64,000 bases of DNA, from the NCBI GenBank assembly GCA_963695875.1, contig CAVOID010000009.1:128001-192000 (forward strand), written 5' to 3'. Below the pieces are notes generated by a model. It was not told the DNA's origin. It did no database searches and saw nothing but the letters and a program-made list of their open reading frames with translations. Source of the stretch: an uncultured delta proteobacterium. Lineage in GTDB: Bacteria; Desulfobacterota; Syntrophia; Syntrophales; UBA2185. Made by a program: the position numbers and the translations under genes. The stretch's first letter is position 1, and each line of letters opens with the position of its first letter. Shown here piece after piece: positions 9,620 to 19,758 of this stretch.

Positions 9620-9998
9620 ACTTTCTGAGAAGACCCGGCATGTTTTTATTGCGACCGTAAACGAGGAAGGCATACCCCATATAGCAGCCTCAAAGAGACT
9701 CTCTCTTGCCTCGAGAAATAACGTTGTTCTTACCGAGTGGTTTTGTCCCGGGACTATGGCAAACCTGCTGGGGAAGAATCATAATCTGACAATTGTTGTG
9801 TGGGATTCGAAAACAGACACCGGTTATCAGTTAGTCGGAGTAGCAGAGAAAGAAGAGGACATGGCTTATTTAAACGGTTATTCACCTGATTTGAAGAAGC
9901 AAAATACTGTACCTCAAATTCAGAGAAAAGTGACAGTTCGAATCGACAAGATTATAGATTTTAAATTATCACCGCATACGGATATTGAAAGGAGATGA
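9588..9998 (+). CDS. Pyridoxamine 5'-phosphate oxidase-like FMN-binding protein
   Basis: FIATVNEEGIPH, TMANL, GYQLVG; GGAG before ATG 9588. Confidence 0.8.
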   Translation: MKTELLKKSVELSEKTRHVFIATVNEEGIPHIAASKRLSLASRNNVVLTEWFCPGTMANLLGKNHNLTIVVWDSKTDTGYQLVGVAEKEEDMAYLNGYSPDLKKQNTVPQIQRKVTVRIDKIIDFKLSPHTDIERR

Positions 9999-10001
9999 AG
10001 A

Positions 10002-10262
10002 ATGATTGATTGGAAGGACAGGCTTATTTGCGCTTCCGAATGCGCGAGGTGCCACAGAAAGTTGAAAGCGGCGGATAAAAGGATTTTATCCAGCTACGAT
10101 CATGAGGCCATATGTGTAAAGTGTAAAAGTGATGAAGAAAAACGCCCTGATTATGAAGAGGTATCGAAAAGAATGATTGGACAGTGCCAGGCAGAAACAG
10201 ATTTGAAGCAAAGTGATCCGGAGGGATTTTGCTTCAATCACTTTTACGCTTACAAGTGCTGA
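10002..10262 (+). CDS. Small Cys/His-rich hypothetical protein
   Basis: CARC and CVKC pairs, GGAG RBS. Confidence 0.75.
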   Translation: MIDWKDRLICASECARCHRKLKAADKRILSSYDHEAICVKCKSDEEKRPDYEEVSKRMIGQCQAETDLKQSDPEGFCFNHFYAYKC

Positions 10263-10644
10263 TCTATAAATGGTTAATGTTAAGGATGGTCGCGTGACAA
10301 GAAGAGTTACATTTCTTCCCGTCATCTGCTTGCCGCTACAGATAACGTGGCACATGACGGCCATCCGTTTTTCGACGGACTTTCGGATAACCTCATCCTG
10401 TAGCTACCATTTTCTATTTCTTCTCTTCGAGTGGCGGAGGGTGTCGCCTCTTCATCTTCCGCCACACATTTTTGATGTGCGGCATCTGAGACCGGAGGCA
10501 CCGGCATTCTCGCTCCACACAGTTCTGAATACGAATGGCATACGAAATTAAATGGAGGTGATAAGGCACTATGGATGAAATGGATATCGCCCGGGCTGGT
10601 GGCGGGAAACCGACTTGCCACGTTCCGATTGTGGGGGAGATGCC

Positions 10645-10893
10645 ATGAGGTATGTGATCATATTCCTTATCGTGGCGCTGTTCTGCCAGGTGATTATCCA
10701 TTGGCCGATCCGGCAGGAACAGAGGGGCGCGGTCATATGGCGATCAGCGCAGGAAAAGAGGGACTTTTATAGACTGTTGCGGAAACACGGGCAGCATAAC
10801 CAGATATCCGCAATTTTTTACGACGGATCGAAGGCGTATTTTATCAGCGAGAACCGTCAGAAGTCCCTCTTTGAGTGGAAGGGAAACGGATAA
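10645..10893 (+). CDS. Small membrane-anchored hypothetical protein
   Basis: GGGAG RBS, N-terminal hydrophobic helix, resembles 36889-37203. Confidence 0.65.
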   Translation: MRYVIIFLIVALFCQVIIHWPIRQEQRGAVIWRSAQEKRDFYRLLRKHGQHNQISAIFYDGSKAYFISENRQKSLFEWKGNG

Positions 10894-10951
10894 TAGAGGG
10901 AAAGTGTTGCGCGCCGAATAAATATATCTTAATGCGTAAGGAATCACAACC

Positions 10952-11602
10952 ATGGCTAAAACCCTGGAAAAGGAAGTTGTCATACCTGCCGGGAAAATAA
11001 GGCTGCAAGGAATACTAGGCCTGCCTCCGGAGGCGGTCGGTGCGATTGCATTTGCACACGGCAGCGGGAGCGGCAGGCTTAGCCCCAGGAACAATTATGT
11101 CGCCCGGATGTTACAGGACGCCGGTTTAGCAACACTCCTTTTTGATCTTCTGGAAGAATACGAAGAAACGGATCGCAGAAAGGTGTTCGACATCGGGCTT
11201 CTTGCCGAGCGCCTCCTTATCGGTACCCATTGGCTGCAAAATTCACCCGGAACGCGCGGATTAAAGCTGGGCTACTTCGGGGCAAGTACGGGCGCGGCTG
11301 CCGCCCTTCAGGCAGCGGCGCGTGAGCCGGAAGACATCTCTGCCATCGTCTCGCGGGGAGGCCGTCCGGATCTTGCAACAGATTATCTCGACAATGTTAA
11401 AGCCCCCACATTGCTTATCGTGGGAGGCGAAGACAGGCCGGTCATAGCCATGAATAAGGAAGCCTTTAAAAGTCTCAGGGGTGTCAAGGATCTTGTGATC
11501 GTACCGGGAGCGTCACATCTCTTTGAGGAACCCGGCACTCTTGATAAGGCTGCAAGGCTAGCTGTGGATTGGTTTCTAAAATACATAAGTCCAAAGAAAT
11601 GA
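10952..11602 (+). CDS. Alpha/beta hydrolase (dienelactone-hydrolase-like, PRTase-associated type)
   Basis: FAHGSGSGRLSPRN, GASTG, SRGGRPDL, HLFEEPG. Confidence 0.9.
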   Translation: MAKTLEKEVVIPAGKIRLQGILGLPPEAVGAIAFAHGSGSGRLSPRNNYVARMLQDAGLATLLFDLLEEYEETDRRKVFDIGLLAERLLIGTHWLQNSPGTRGLKLGYFGASTGAAAALQAAAREPEDISAIVSRGGRPDLATDYLDNVKAPTLLIVGGEDRPVIAMNKEAFKSLRGVKDLVIVPGASHLFEEPGTLDKAARLAVDWFLKYISPKK

Positions 11603-11608
11603 ATCCTC

Positions 11609-12844
11609 ATGCGTTTCATTGCAGACCTTCACATCCATTCAAAATATTCAATAGCGACCAGCAAGGATTTATCACCCGAAAATATCTGGAAATGGGCACA
11701 ACTGAAAGGAATCACCGTTATTGGCACAGGGGATTTCACGCATCCTGTCTGGCTTAAGGAATTGAAAGAAAAAATCGAGCCGGCAGGCGATGGATTGTTT
11801 TGCCTGAAAAAAAAGTATCGGTCAAATGACATTCCTGATTCCTGCAATGCCGATGTCGTCTTTCTCCTTTCCGGAGAGATAAGCTGCATTTACAGTAAAA
11901 AGGGGAAGACGCGGAAAATTCACTCCATTATTTTCGTCCGAGACTTTGCGGATGCCGCAAAATTAAATACGGCTCTTTCGAAAATAGGAACCCTTACCGC
12001 TGACGGAAGACCCATACTGAGACTGGATGTGAAAGAACTCTTAAAGATAGCGCTGGATTCATCCGCAGACACCATGCTTGTACCCGCTCATGCATGGACT
12101 CCGCATTTCTCCGTATTCAGCTCAGGATCAGGATTTGATTCCCTTGAAGAATGCTTTGAGGAATTGACACCTAATGTTTACGCCGTGGAAACAGGGCTCT
12201 CCTCAGACCCGGCAATGAACTGGAGACTTTCATTTCTCAAAAGAATAACCCTGATATCCAATTCAGACGCCCATTCACCAAACAAGATAGGACGTGAGGC
12301 AAACATATTTGATACGGAAATCTCTTACAGTGCAATAATGGAAGCGATAAGAACAAGAAGAGGTTTTACAGGCACTATCGAATTCTTCCCGGAAGAAGGG
12401 AAATACTACTACGACGGCCACCGCTCATGCGGGATAAGCATGAATCCTAAAGAAACGGTAAAGCATAACTACCTCTGTCCCGTTTGCGGAAAGAAATTGA
12501 CTGTCGGCGTAATGCACAGGATCGAAATACTTGCAGACAGGAAAAGCGGTTTTAAACCAAAAGGCTCGCCTCTTTTCTATTCCATAATCCCTCTTGATGA
12601 GATTATTGCAGAAACCCTTGATCTTGGCGTAAAGAGCAGGACCGTGAAAAATGAATACATGAAATTGTTACAAAAACTCGGCAGTGAACTAAAAATTCTC
12701 ATGGACCTACCGCTGAAAGACATAGGGGATGCCGGCTCGCCTATTCTTCAGGCAGCAGTCTCGCGCATGCGAGCGGGAAAAGTAAATATCAACCCGGGTT
12801 TTGATGGAGAATACGGGAAAATAGAAATCTTTGACTCATCATAA
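11609..12844 (+). CDS. Endonuclease Q family (PHP domain plus Zn ribbon)
   Basis: ADLHIHSKYS, GTGDFTHP, PAHAWTP, SNSDAHS, CPVCG, PGFDGEYG. Confidence 0.9.
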   Translation: MRFIADLHIHSKYSIATSKDLSPENIWKWAQLKGITVIGTGDFTHPVWLKELKEKIEPAGDGLFCLKKKYRSNDIPDSCNADVVFLLSGEISCIYSKKGKTRKIHSIIFVRDFADAAKLNTALSKIGTLTADGRPILRLDVKELLKIALDSSADTMLVPAHAWTPHFSVFSSGSGFDSLEECFEELTPNVYAVETGLSSDPAMNWRLSFLKRITLISNSDAHSPNKIGREANIFDTEISYSAIMEAIRTRRGFTGTIEFFPEEGKYYYDGHRSCGISMNPKETVKHNYLCPVCGKKLTVGVMHRIEILADRKSGFKPKGSPLFYSIIPLDEIIAETLDLGVKSRTVKNEYMKLLQKLGSELKILMDLPLKDIGDAGSPILQAAVSRMRAGKVNINPGFDGEYGKIEIFDSS

Positions 12845-12846
12845 CG

Positions 12847-12932
12847 CCCCCTTTTGTAAAGGGGGACTGAGGGGGATTTTTCAATTGGGGTTGAAATAAA
12901 ATCCCCCCTGCCCTCCTTCTAAAAAAGGGTGA
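12847..12932. repeat. REP-like palindrome pair
   Basis: CCCCCTTTTGTAAAGGGGG..GGGGGATTTT..AAAATCCCCCC. Confidence 0.7.
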
Positions 12933-12966
12933 CAAACATATAGACAATGAATGAAGGGCACTTGAT

Positions 12967-13623
12967 ATGATTTTCTTTAAGAACAGGCTTGATGCAGGTG
13001 AAAGACTTTCTGCAAAAATTCATCTCAGTGAGGATGACAAAAATCCTATCGTTCTTGGTATCCCGAGAGGCGGGATTTCCGTCGGTTATCCTATCGCGCG
13101 GAAATTGAATTGTCTCTTAGAGCCTATAACGCTCCGCAAGCTGCCTATACCTCAAAATGATCAAATGGGCTTTGGGGCCGTCACCTTAGATAGACATGTA
13201 ATACTAAATAGAAGATTGATCGATTCTGGTTATGTATCAGAAAGAGAAATCGATGCAATCGTGGATGAAGTGTATGAGGAGGTCCTGCGCAGGGATAAAT
13301 TATACCGAGGGTCAAGACCTTTCCCGGAATTGAAAGATCGCTGCGTTGTCATAGTCGACGACGGGCTGGCTACAGGATTTACCATGCTTGCCGCCATACA
13401 GTTCGCAAAAGAGAAAGAAGCCGTGAAAATATTATGTGCAGTTCCTGTTGCCCATGAAAATTCATACCATATGGTCAAGCGGGAGGTCGATTCGATTATA
13501 TGCCTTCATATCGATAGAGGTTACTCCTTTGCAGTCGCATCTTTTTATCAAAGTTTTCCCGATATGCAGGATTCAGAGGTTATCTCGATATTAAAAAAGA
13601 TACATCATGAGGACGTGAAGTGA
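12967..13623 (+). CDS. Phosphoribosyltransferase family protein (second copy)
   Basis: FKNRLDAG, GIPRGG, VIVDDGLATGFTM. Confidence 0.92.
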   Translation: MIFFKNRLDAGERLSAKIHLSEDDKNPIVLGIPRGGISVGYPIARKLNCLLEPITLRKLPIPQNDQMGFGAVTLDRHVILNRRLIDSGYVSEREIDAIVDEVYEEVLRRDKLYRGSRPFPELKDRCVVIVDDGLATGFTMLAAIQFAKEKEAVKILCAVPVAHENSYHMVKREVDSIICLHIDRGYSFAVASFYQSFPDMQDSEVISILKKIHHEDVK

Positions 13624-13950
13624 TGTTCCGGTCCAAATTATTTCATATCCATCTTGTTTAACGATACACCATGTTGCGGGTTCAAATATCACTATTACAG
13701 CCACCGTAATATTTTCTAGATTCTTCTGAATGAACGTATGTTGAAAGGCATCGCCCGCAACTAGACAACTAGCCCTACCGGAATAAATCAGCTGTATTGA
13801 ACCCGGGGCAAGCCCCGGAGCAAATTCCCACGCGAGCCCCCATTAAAAATGAATCAAAGACCCTTTGGTTTTTTTCATCAGCTCATGGTCAGTGCCGTAC
13901 TTATAAGTGAGGACTTCATCAGAAGGAGAGCTAAGCCATAAAAAATTCAC

Positions 13951-13996
13951 TTGACAGAATAATCGGTATGTGTTACTAATATATATATCGTAACAC
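13951..13996 (+). promoter_or_regulatory. NikR-type operator overlapping a sigma70 promoter
   Basis: TTGACA at 13951; perfect GTGTTAC-N13-GTAACAC at 13970-13996; extra half-site at 14021-14027. Confidence 0.8.
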
Positions 13997-14201
13997 GATT
14001 GCTGTATACATTTGATAATCGTGTTACTGATCTCATCCGCTCGGCTATTTCTTATTATTTATGCCCGGAGGTACGGTTGACATTATCTCCAAAGCATAAT
14101 CTTGATATTAGTAAAATTGCGGTGCAGGGAATGTTCACCAAATGTTTTTTCATGTCTGCGAGTTGGTTCTCTGAGCAGATGACAGATACAGGGGTTTACT
14201 A

Positions 14202-15611
14202 ATGCACATACCGGATGGTTATTTGGGACCTGCTACATATGGAACGATGTTTGGTATCATGGTTCCTCTCTGGGCGATCGCATCGAAAAAAGTGAAACAA
14301 GCGGTTAAAGCGGCGCAGGTACCTTACCTGGCAATGGGGGCGGTATTCAGCCTGGTGATTATGATGTTTGCCCTGCCGATACCGGGCGGTACAACGGGAC
14401 ATATGTCGGGGGCTACGCTCGTCGCTATCCTTTTGGGACCATGGTCGGCACTGATGGCAGTCTCTATCTCATTGATTATCCAGGCCCTTGTCATGGGGGA
14501 TGGGGGAATCACGGCGATCGGGGCAAACTGCTTCAATATCGCCTTCATCGGTTCGTTCGTCGGATTTTGGATATACAAACTCATCACCAAGACCGGAGAG
14601 TTTGCCACTGTTGGAAAGGTACTTGACTCTAAAGAAAGGGCCGGCCCTTCTCTCCTTCTGCGTCTATTCGCTGCCGGGACGGCATCGTATCTTGCCCTTA
14701 ACCTTGGCGCCCTCGCTGCGGCAGTGCAGCTTGGCATCCAGCCTCTGCTGTATGCCGGATCCGCAACAGGCGCCTTTTACTTCCCGTACCCACTGAAGTA
14801 TACCCTACCGGCTTTGATGATCCCCCACCTTACGATGGTCGGCGCGCTGGAGGTAACGGGTACCGTACTTGTCCTGATATTCTTGAGCAAAACGGAGGCG
14901 TACATGAAAGGAATCACGAAACTGACTATGTTCTGTATATTAGCGACGGCAATCCTGGCCGCCAGCGCGGCATTGGCTCATGACTACTGGATAGAAAAGA
15001 AGGGAAATGGTTACGTCGTAGTATACGGCCATGGCGAGCAGCGAACAGAATATGATCCTTCCACCGTGAAGAAGGTTACTGTTCTTAACGCCGACGGCAA
15101 ACCCGTCGAATTCAGGAAAGAGACGCAGGGAAAAGTCCTTATGATACAGCCCTCAGGGCCTGCCGCACTGATCCTCGTGGACCTCGACAGCGGCTATTGG
15201 TCGAAGACCATCTATGGCTGGAAGAATCTGCCCAAGCGAAAGGCGTCCCGGGTAGTAGAGGCGCTTCGTTCCTACCACTACTCCAAGTCCATCATCTCTT
15301 GGGGAGAATATGTCCGGAAACCGGTAGCGGGGGTTAAGCTTGACATCGTTCCTCAAAAGAACCCTTTTGATTTCACAACAGGAGGAGTGCTGCCGTTGAA
15401 GGTGTACTTCGGCGACAAGCCTTTGGCCGGAGCAACGATTGAGGGAGACCACGAGATAGTGGCCGTCACCGATAAAGATGGCATGGCGAAGGTGCCCATC
15501 AGGAAAGGTCGTCAGCTCCTTACCGTTGAGCATAAGGAGCCGATCAAGGGCGACCCGGATGCGGACTTTATGTCCGTCACTACCACTCTAACCTTCGAGG
15601 TGAAAAAATGA
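14202..15611 (+). CDS. cbiM: NikM/CbiM ECF S-component read in frame with an exported DUF4198-like protein (internal start 14904)
   Basis: MHIPDGYL N-terminus, GGTTGH, DGGITAIGAN; GGAGG-N5-ATG at 14904, then signal peptide and AHDYWI..YGHG. Confidence 0.85.
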   Translation: MHIPDGYLGPATYGTMFGIMVPLWAIASKKVKQAVKAAQVPYLAMGAVFSLVIMMFALPIPGGTTGHMSGATLVAILLGPWSALMAVSISLIIQALVMGDGGITAIGANCFNIAFIGSFVGFWIYKLITKTGEFATVGKVLDSKERAGPSLLLRLFAAGTASYLALNLGALAAAVQLGIQPLLYAGSATGAFYFPYPLKYTLPALMIPHLTMVGALEVTGTVLVLIFLSKTEAYMKGITKLTMFCILATAILAASAALAHDYWIEKKGNGYVVVYGHGEQRTEYDPSTVKKVTVLNADGKPVEFRKETQGKVLMIQPSGPAALILVDLDSGYWSKTIYGWKNLPKRKASRVVEALRSYHYSKSIISWGEYVRKPVAGVKLDIVPQKNPFDFTTGGVLPLKVYFGDKPLAGATIEGDHEIVAVTDKDGMAKVPIRKGRQLLTVEHKEPIKGDPDADFMSVTTTLTFEVKK

Positions 15612-16084
15612 ACAGGCTGCCTTCATATACATTCCTGATTATCGTCCTTCTCGTCATGGGCATCTCTGTCCAGGCAGAAGCTCATTCCATCAACTATCTC
15701 GTCGAGCAGAAAGGTATGGCTATCAGGGCCTATTACTCTGAGAATGACCCCGCAGCTTACTCTCAGTATGAGCTATACGGGCCCGGCGATAAGGAACCGC
15801 ATCAGACAGGACGTACGGACAAAAACGGCTACGTCGCCTTCGTGCCGGATCGTCCGGGGATCTGGAAACTTCAGGTATGGGGGGAATCGAGCCATGGCTA
15901 CCATGGCGTGACTACGGAGATCAATGTAGATAAGAACCTGGGCCTCGAGTCTTTCAGCAAACCGCTCGTCGCGACATACACGAAATTCGTGACGGGCATC
16001 AGTCTCATCATCGGTCTCTTCGGGCTGTATGCCTTATGGCTGTCCCGCAGACGGAAATCAGCGCAGGACACCGGTAATCAATAA
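15608..16084 (+). CDS. NikL/CbiL-like accessory protein
   Basis: Signal peptide AEA|HSI, QTGRTDKNGYVAFVPDRPGIW, HGYHG, C-terminal TM helix. Confidence 0.75.
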   Translation: MNRLPSYTFLIIVLLVMGISVQAEAHSINYLVEQKGMAIRAYYSENDPAAYSQYELYGPGDKEPHQTGRTDKNGYVAFVPDRPGIWKLQVWGESSHGYHGVTTEINVDKNLGLESFSKPLVATYTKFVTGISLIIGLFGLYALWLSRRRKSAQDTGNQ

Positions 16085-16103
16085 ATAAGAAGGAGTTTAA
16101 TTA

Positions 16104-17099
16104 TTGAAGAAGAGAATTGTTATGAAGAAATGGTTCATGATCACCGCCTTCAGCCTGCTTCTTGGTCCAGCGAATGCCTGGGCGCACCACGGAGGAGTCT
16201 CCCTGGCCTTTGGTCCCGGCAGCCCGATTGAAACCAGCTCCCCTCTTACCCTTCCCGAAGGAGGTTTCGTCACCGGAGCTCGTTTGGAGCAGGTGGAGTG
16301 GAATAAATATGACTTTGCGGAGCCGAACAACAAGTCATCCTTCACGTTTCTCAATGTGAACATGAGCTACGGTTTCACTCCTGCCTTTATGGGCACGGTG
16401 ATTGTTCCGTATTACATCAAACGTCAGGACGGTTTCGGTGAGAACGAGGGGCTTGCAGACATTAAGTTGCAGGGCACCTACGGTTTCCATTACGACCCGG
16501 GGGTCGGGTTCTCACGAAACAGGGCTGAAGATACGGCCGTTACACTTGAAGGGAAGAAGCGGATCTACATGGCCGTTTCCTTCATGATGAGCTTGCCAAC
16601 CGGCGCCTACCACAAACAACTTGGCGGCGAGGTTGATCCGGCAATGCAGCCCGGTTTCGGCGCTCCCTCCTACACCCTGAATGTTTCAGCGGCCCGGGCT
16701 TTTGGCTCCTTAACACTAAACGCGGATTTGGGAGCCGACTTCTTCACTGCGCGGGAAAATTTCCAGTTCGGCACGGAGATGCGGGCCAATCTGGCCGGCG
16801 TTTATGAGCTGTACGGCAATACGAGCAGTTTTCTCTCTAAGCTGGACGGCATCCTGGAGCTGAACTTCCTGCACCTCGAACGGGATCAGGAAAACGGCAT
16901 AGGTGTGGAAGCGTCAGGGGGGAACATCCTCTATCTCTCACCCGGGGTGCGTCTTTCCTTCCCATCACTCCAAAACGCCAATCTGGGACTGCTGGTGAAG
17001 CTGCCGGTATGGAAAAATCTGAAAGAGCAGGATCAGCAGCAGGGTTCCGAGGGTCTCGAAAAGTACAGGCTCATCGTAACCCTGTCGTTCTACTTCTAA
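16104..17099 (+). CDS. Putative outer-membrane beta-barrel (MetA-pathway/'transporter' family-like)
   Basis: Signal peptide AWA|HHGG, GLADIKL, SLPTG, alternating strands, C-terminal Phe. Confidence 0.75.
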   Translation: MKKRIVMKKWFMITAFSLLLGPANAWAHHGGVSLAFGPGSPIETSSPLTLPEGGFVTGARLEQVEWNKYDFAEPNNKSSFTFLNVNMSYGFTPAFMGTVIVPYYIKRQDGFGENEGLADIKLQGTYGFHYDPGVGFSRNRAEDTAVTLEGKKRIYMAVSFMMSLPTGAYHKQLGGEVDPAMQPGFGAPSYTLNVSAARAFGSLTLNADLGADFFTARENFQFGTEMRANLAGVYELYGNTSSFLSKLDGILELNFLHLERDQENGIGVEASGGNILYLSPGVRLSFPSLQNANLGLLVKLPVWKNLKEQDQQQGSEGLEKYRLIVTLSFYF

Positions 17100-17243
17100 C
17101 GGTATCAGGCCGGGCTGTACCGGTTCTCAGAACAGAAAAATGAAATAACACGCCATGATCAAAAAAAGTCTTCTTAGGCGACATCAAGGAATTGGAAAAA
17201 GAAGTAGATCGTCTATCCTGCTTATTGCTCGGCATAAAAAGTA

Positions 17244-18092
17244 TCAAGACTTAAGGTAGCTGTGGAGGCCGGGCAGGTAATTGACGCCAAGGTATGTGAA
17301 CAGCACACAGGCAAACCCGATGATGGCCATAAGGGCTATGCGTTTGCCCCGCCACTCTCTCACTAATCGTACATGCAGCATGGTCGCATAGACAAGCCAT
17401 GTAATCAATGACCATGTCTCTTTCGGATCCCAGCTCCAGTAAGACCCCCACGCATAATGGGCCCAGACAGACCCCGTTATAATCCCCAACGTCAAAAGAA
17501 CGAATCCAAGAGCCGTGCTCTGATAGATAAGTTCATCCAGAATGCTCCTTGCCGGCAGAAAGCGAAGCATTGACCCTGAGCGACTTCCCGCATGCCGATC
17601 AAGATTCTTTATAAAATACATGATACCAAGGCCGCATGCGATGGCAAAAGCGGCATATCCCATGAAACAGGTCATTACATGGCTTGTAAGCCAGTTACTC
17701 TGGAGCGCCGGGATCAGTGGCTGTATCCGGCTGTTTATATTGGGTGACAGGGAAGCAAAGGCCATGGCAAGAAATGCAACGGGAACAACAAATGTGCCCA
17801 GGCTTTTGTTTTTGATCCGCCACTCGAAAACCAGATAGAGCAGGACAATGGACCATGCAAAAAAAATCAAAGATTCATAGAAATTGGACAGGGGTGCATG
17901 ACCGATTCCCATTCTGTAGGATTCCATCCATCGAAGGATGAGTGCCACTGTCTGTGCCGTAAGACCAACAAAAGCTGTAATTGACGCCAGACGGCCCCAG
18001 ATATCCTCACCCCTGATCATCCTGATGAAGTATAAAACAAAGGCTGCAAGATAGATGAAGGTAACCCAGCTTAGAATGGCGGTATTGATCAT
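17244..18092 (-). CDS. ccsA: Cytochrome c biogenesis heme-attachment protein CcsA/ResC (system II)
   Basis: WAHYAWGSYWSWDPKETW WWD motif, LQSNWLTSHV, GLHSY. Confidence 0.95.
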   Translation of the reverse strand: MINTAILSWVTFIYLAAFVLYFIRMIRGEDIWGRLASITAFVGLTAQTVALILRWMESYRMGIGHAPLSNFYESLIFFAWSIVLLYLVFEWRIKNKSLGTFVVPVAFLAMAFASLSPNINSRIQPLIPALQSNWLTSHVMTCFMGYAAFAIACGLGIMYFIKNLDRHAGSRSGSMLRFLPARSILDELIYQSTALGFVLLTLGIITGSVWAHYAWGSYWSWDPKETWSLITWLVYATMLHVRLVREWRGKRIALMAIIGFACVLFTYLGVNYLPGLHSYLKS

Positions 18093-19533
18093 GAATTCGA
18101 CACTCCTGAATTTTGTATCTCTTCAATCAGGCTTGTTATTTCCCGTTCAAGACCGACCGGATCTTTATTGGTTTTACCGGCGATGCTGATTCGCGTGTTT
18201 GGTCCCTGTCTGTCGATCCTGATCCAAACCTGCCGGTGAGCATAAAAAAAGACAGTCATAAAACCGATAACAAGAAGGAAAGAACCGGCAATAACAACAG
18301 GGACACCCGGGTCCCGTGTTACCTGCAACCCCGTATAATATTTCGTTTGAATCATGGCAAGGGAAAAGACATACGGGGCAAAAATGCCCGGATTAAATAT
18401 CGGTACACGGTCTATGAGGCCGGGATTTTCCTCTATGATCTGTTCGATGTTCTGGAAAACCCATAATTGGAATTTTCCCTTTGCCGACTTTATATCGATC
18501 TTAACCGCGGGTCCGATCCGCATGAAGTTTTCCTCCATGCGGATAATCTTCGCTTTTCCATCCTTTCCCGGCAGATCAAACTCTGTACCAATACGAACCC
18601 TGATTACATGCGCCTTTTCGCGTCCTTTATCGGATGCCGATGACCGCATCACCCGATGGCATCGTACCGAAATTTGCCTGATAAAACCGGATTCCTTCAA
18701 TGGTTGCGGGATGATTGACAAATATCGGCCCCTGCTGAAGAATACTGCCGTTCCGTGAAAAAGTGAGGTCCGAACGATACATCTTTCGGCGTGCCATCCT
18801 CATAATAGTCTATGGAAAAGCGATCACAGCGTACGGCAAAATCAAGTTTTTTAAAACCCGTTTCTCCCTTGAGCTGAACTTTATCTGCCGAGTCCCCTTC
18901 AGCAATCTCAACGTAGGCATCAAAACCGAAGAGGAACCCGATGATTATGCCTGTCAGAATAATCAGAACACTGAAATGAACCAGATAGACCCCGAAATAC
19001 GAAAAATTTCCCTTTTCGCCGGTTATGAAGGTGCCTTCTTCCGTATCCTCTCTACATATACCTTTATATTTCTTCTTCAAAAGATTCTGGAGTCTCAGTG
19101 CCTCCTCATTGCGAGGTTTTTCGACGAGAATGACCCGGTCTGAAGGCAGGTCCCTGAAAATCTCTGTTTCATCGGGGACGGATGTTTTGCGGGAAAGCTT
19201 CCAGGAAGCAGGCAGTCGATTCGCCGAACAGACAATCAGATTAACGGAAAGGAGTATCATGAGGCTGACAAACCACGTGGAATGGAAAATATTGAACAAT
19301 TGCAGCTCCCGAAAAACGGCGACCATACCGGGACTGAGATGGCTGGTAAATATATCAGCCTCCTGCTGAGGTATTATGGTGCCTAAAATAGAGGCAATGG
19401 ATATGATGATTAACAGTACAATTGTCAGTTTTACGGAGGATAAAAGAGACCGGAAACTTATTTTTCGTCTTCGCATTACTGAATTCCTCGCCTGCATTTG
19501 CTCCCGTATTAATCTGTTGCCGTGTTCATTCAA
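18089..19533 (-). pseudogene. resB: ResB/CcsB cytochrome c biogenesis protein with two +1 frameshifts (probably sequencing errors)
   Basis: LSSVKLTI..GTIIPQ, VHFSVL, middle frame YRSDL..VNHP..FYQ, YTGLQVTRDPG; shifts near 18785 and 18630. Confidence 0.88.
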
Positions 19534-19758
19534 GGATATTTCACGGCTATTGGAGATTGATTACATCCGGAAGAATCATTCTTGCTTTTATTACATCTTG
19601 TTAAAAAAATCGACGATCTTTTTTCGATTCATCCGTTCTCTTATCCATACTAAGACATTTTGATGTTCAAAATCAGTAATTTCACGGATTGTGTATATTT
19701 AAAGTATAGAATAACTATGACAATGAGGTTTTGTACGAAAAGAAAGGAGAAGGTTTAT

